From Carcharhinus longimanus (taxonomy: Eukaryota), in the NCBI GenBank assembly GCA_030264375.1, contig JASCQW010000109.1, forward strand, positions 43,896,666 through 43,960,665: a stretch of DNA of 64,000 nt. Direction: 5' to 3'. Shown piece after piece: positions 63,437 to 64,000 of this stretch. A model generated the notes under the pieces. It searched no databases and was not told the DNA's origin. It saw nothing but the letters and a program-made list of their open reading frames with translations. The stretch's first letter is position 1. The number at the start of each line of letters is the position of its first letter. The translations under genes were made by a program, and so were the position numbers.

Positions 63437-63698
63437 AGTTTAAAGTTTATTTATTAGCGTCACAAGTAGGCTTACATTAACACTGCCACGAAGTCACTGT
63501 GAAAATCCCCTTGTCGCCACACTCCTGTTCAGGTACACGGAGGGAGAATTTAGCATGACCAGTGTACCTAACCAGCACAACCAGAGACACACAGGCACGG
63601 AAAGAATGTGCAGACTCCGCATAGACAATGATCCAAGCCAGGAATTGAACCCGGGACCCTGGCACTGTGAGGCAGCAGTGCTAACCACTGTGCCACCC
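63437..63698 (-). mobile_element. shark tRNA SINE
   Basis: Reverse complement of head and tail. Confidence 0.85.
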
Positions 63699-63779
63699 CA
63701 TGTCCCTCTGAGATGGCCAAGTCAGACGGACCAGTAGAGCACTTCGATCAGCCGCACACCCAGTACCTCACAGACCCAG

Positions 63780-63945
63780 CCCCACTTTAACTGCCAGCCC
63801 CCCCTCTCTCACCTGCAACTTTCCAACATCAAACTCCGCGGCCACGTCACTCACCTTTGACCCAGGAAATTGTAGTTGGTCTTCAGCCGACTGCGCCTGC
63901 GCCGAGGCGGGGCTCAGTTGACAGTTGTGTGTGTGGAATTGGCTG
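63780..63945 (-). promoter_or_regulatory. candidate FAM114A2 promoter / non-coding exon 1 (CpG-retaining)
   Basis: Minus-strand donors AAG|GTGAGT (63855) and CAG|GTGAGA (63813); ZNF143-like ACTACAATTTCC (63876-63865); NRF1-like TGCGCCTGCGC (63892-63902); GC box (63906-63913); CCAAT (63942-63938). Confidence 0.6.
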
Positions 63946-64000
63946 ATGTGGGAGAGCACACTTAAATGTTCAACCTAGGGGATAATAAATTCAACATGCT

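Noticed and set aside
63768-63959. 63 aa ORF as an N-terminal extension of FAM114A2
   Set aside because: Its phase at the 63855 donor (0) does not match the phase (1) needed to join the reading frame of the ATG exon.

Overview
Eukaryotic, intron-rich vertebrate DNA, most likely a cartilaginous fish (shark). The repeat content points that way: HE1-type tRNA SINEs, Deu-domain SINEs, CR1/L2/Rex1-Babar LINEs, Penelope-like elements and Gypsy LTR relics. Two complete spliced genes lie on the minus strand. CNOT8 (CCR4-NOT deadenylase, CAF1b) has 6 coding exons at 12453->5258 and encodes 286 aa. FAM114A2 has 13 coding exons at 59323->33701 and encodes 543 aa; a candidate first exon and CpG promoter sit at about 63.8-63.95 kb. 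I rebuilt both genes by hand from GT-AG boundaries with consistent phases. Between them, on the plus strand, I read a phase-consistent chain of about 8 exon-like segments (15172-30749). They encode a protein I cannot assign to any family and carry a few in-frame stops, so this is a candidate unannotated gene or pseudogene near the 5' end of CNOT8. Several Penelope-like elements show inverted or direct pseudo-LTRs with (mostly decayed) minimal hammerhead ribozyme cores. Most short ORFs in the supplied track are spurious or transposon-derived. Repeat boundaries are approximate, and family comparisons are from memory, not from searches.
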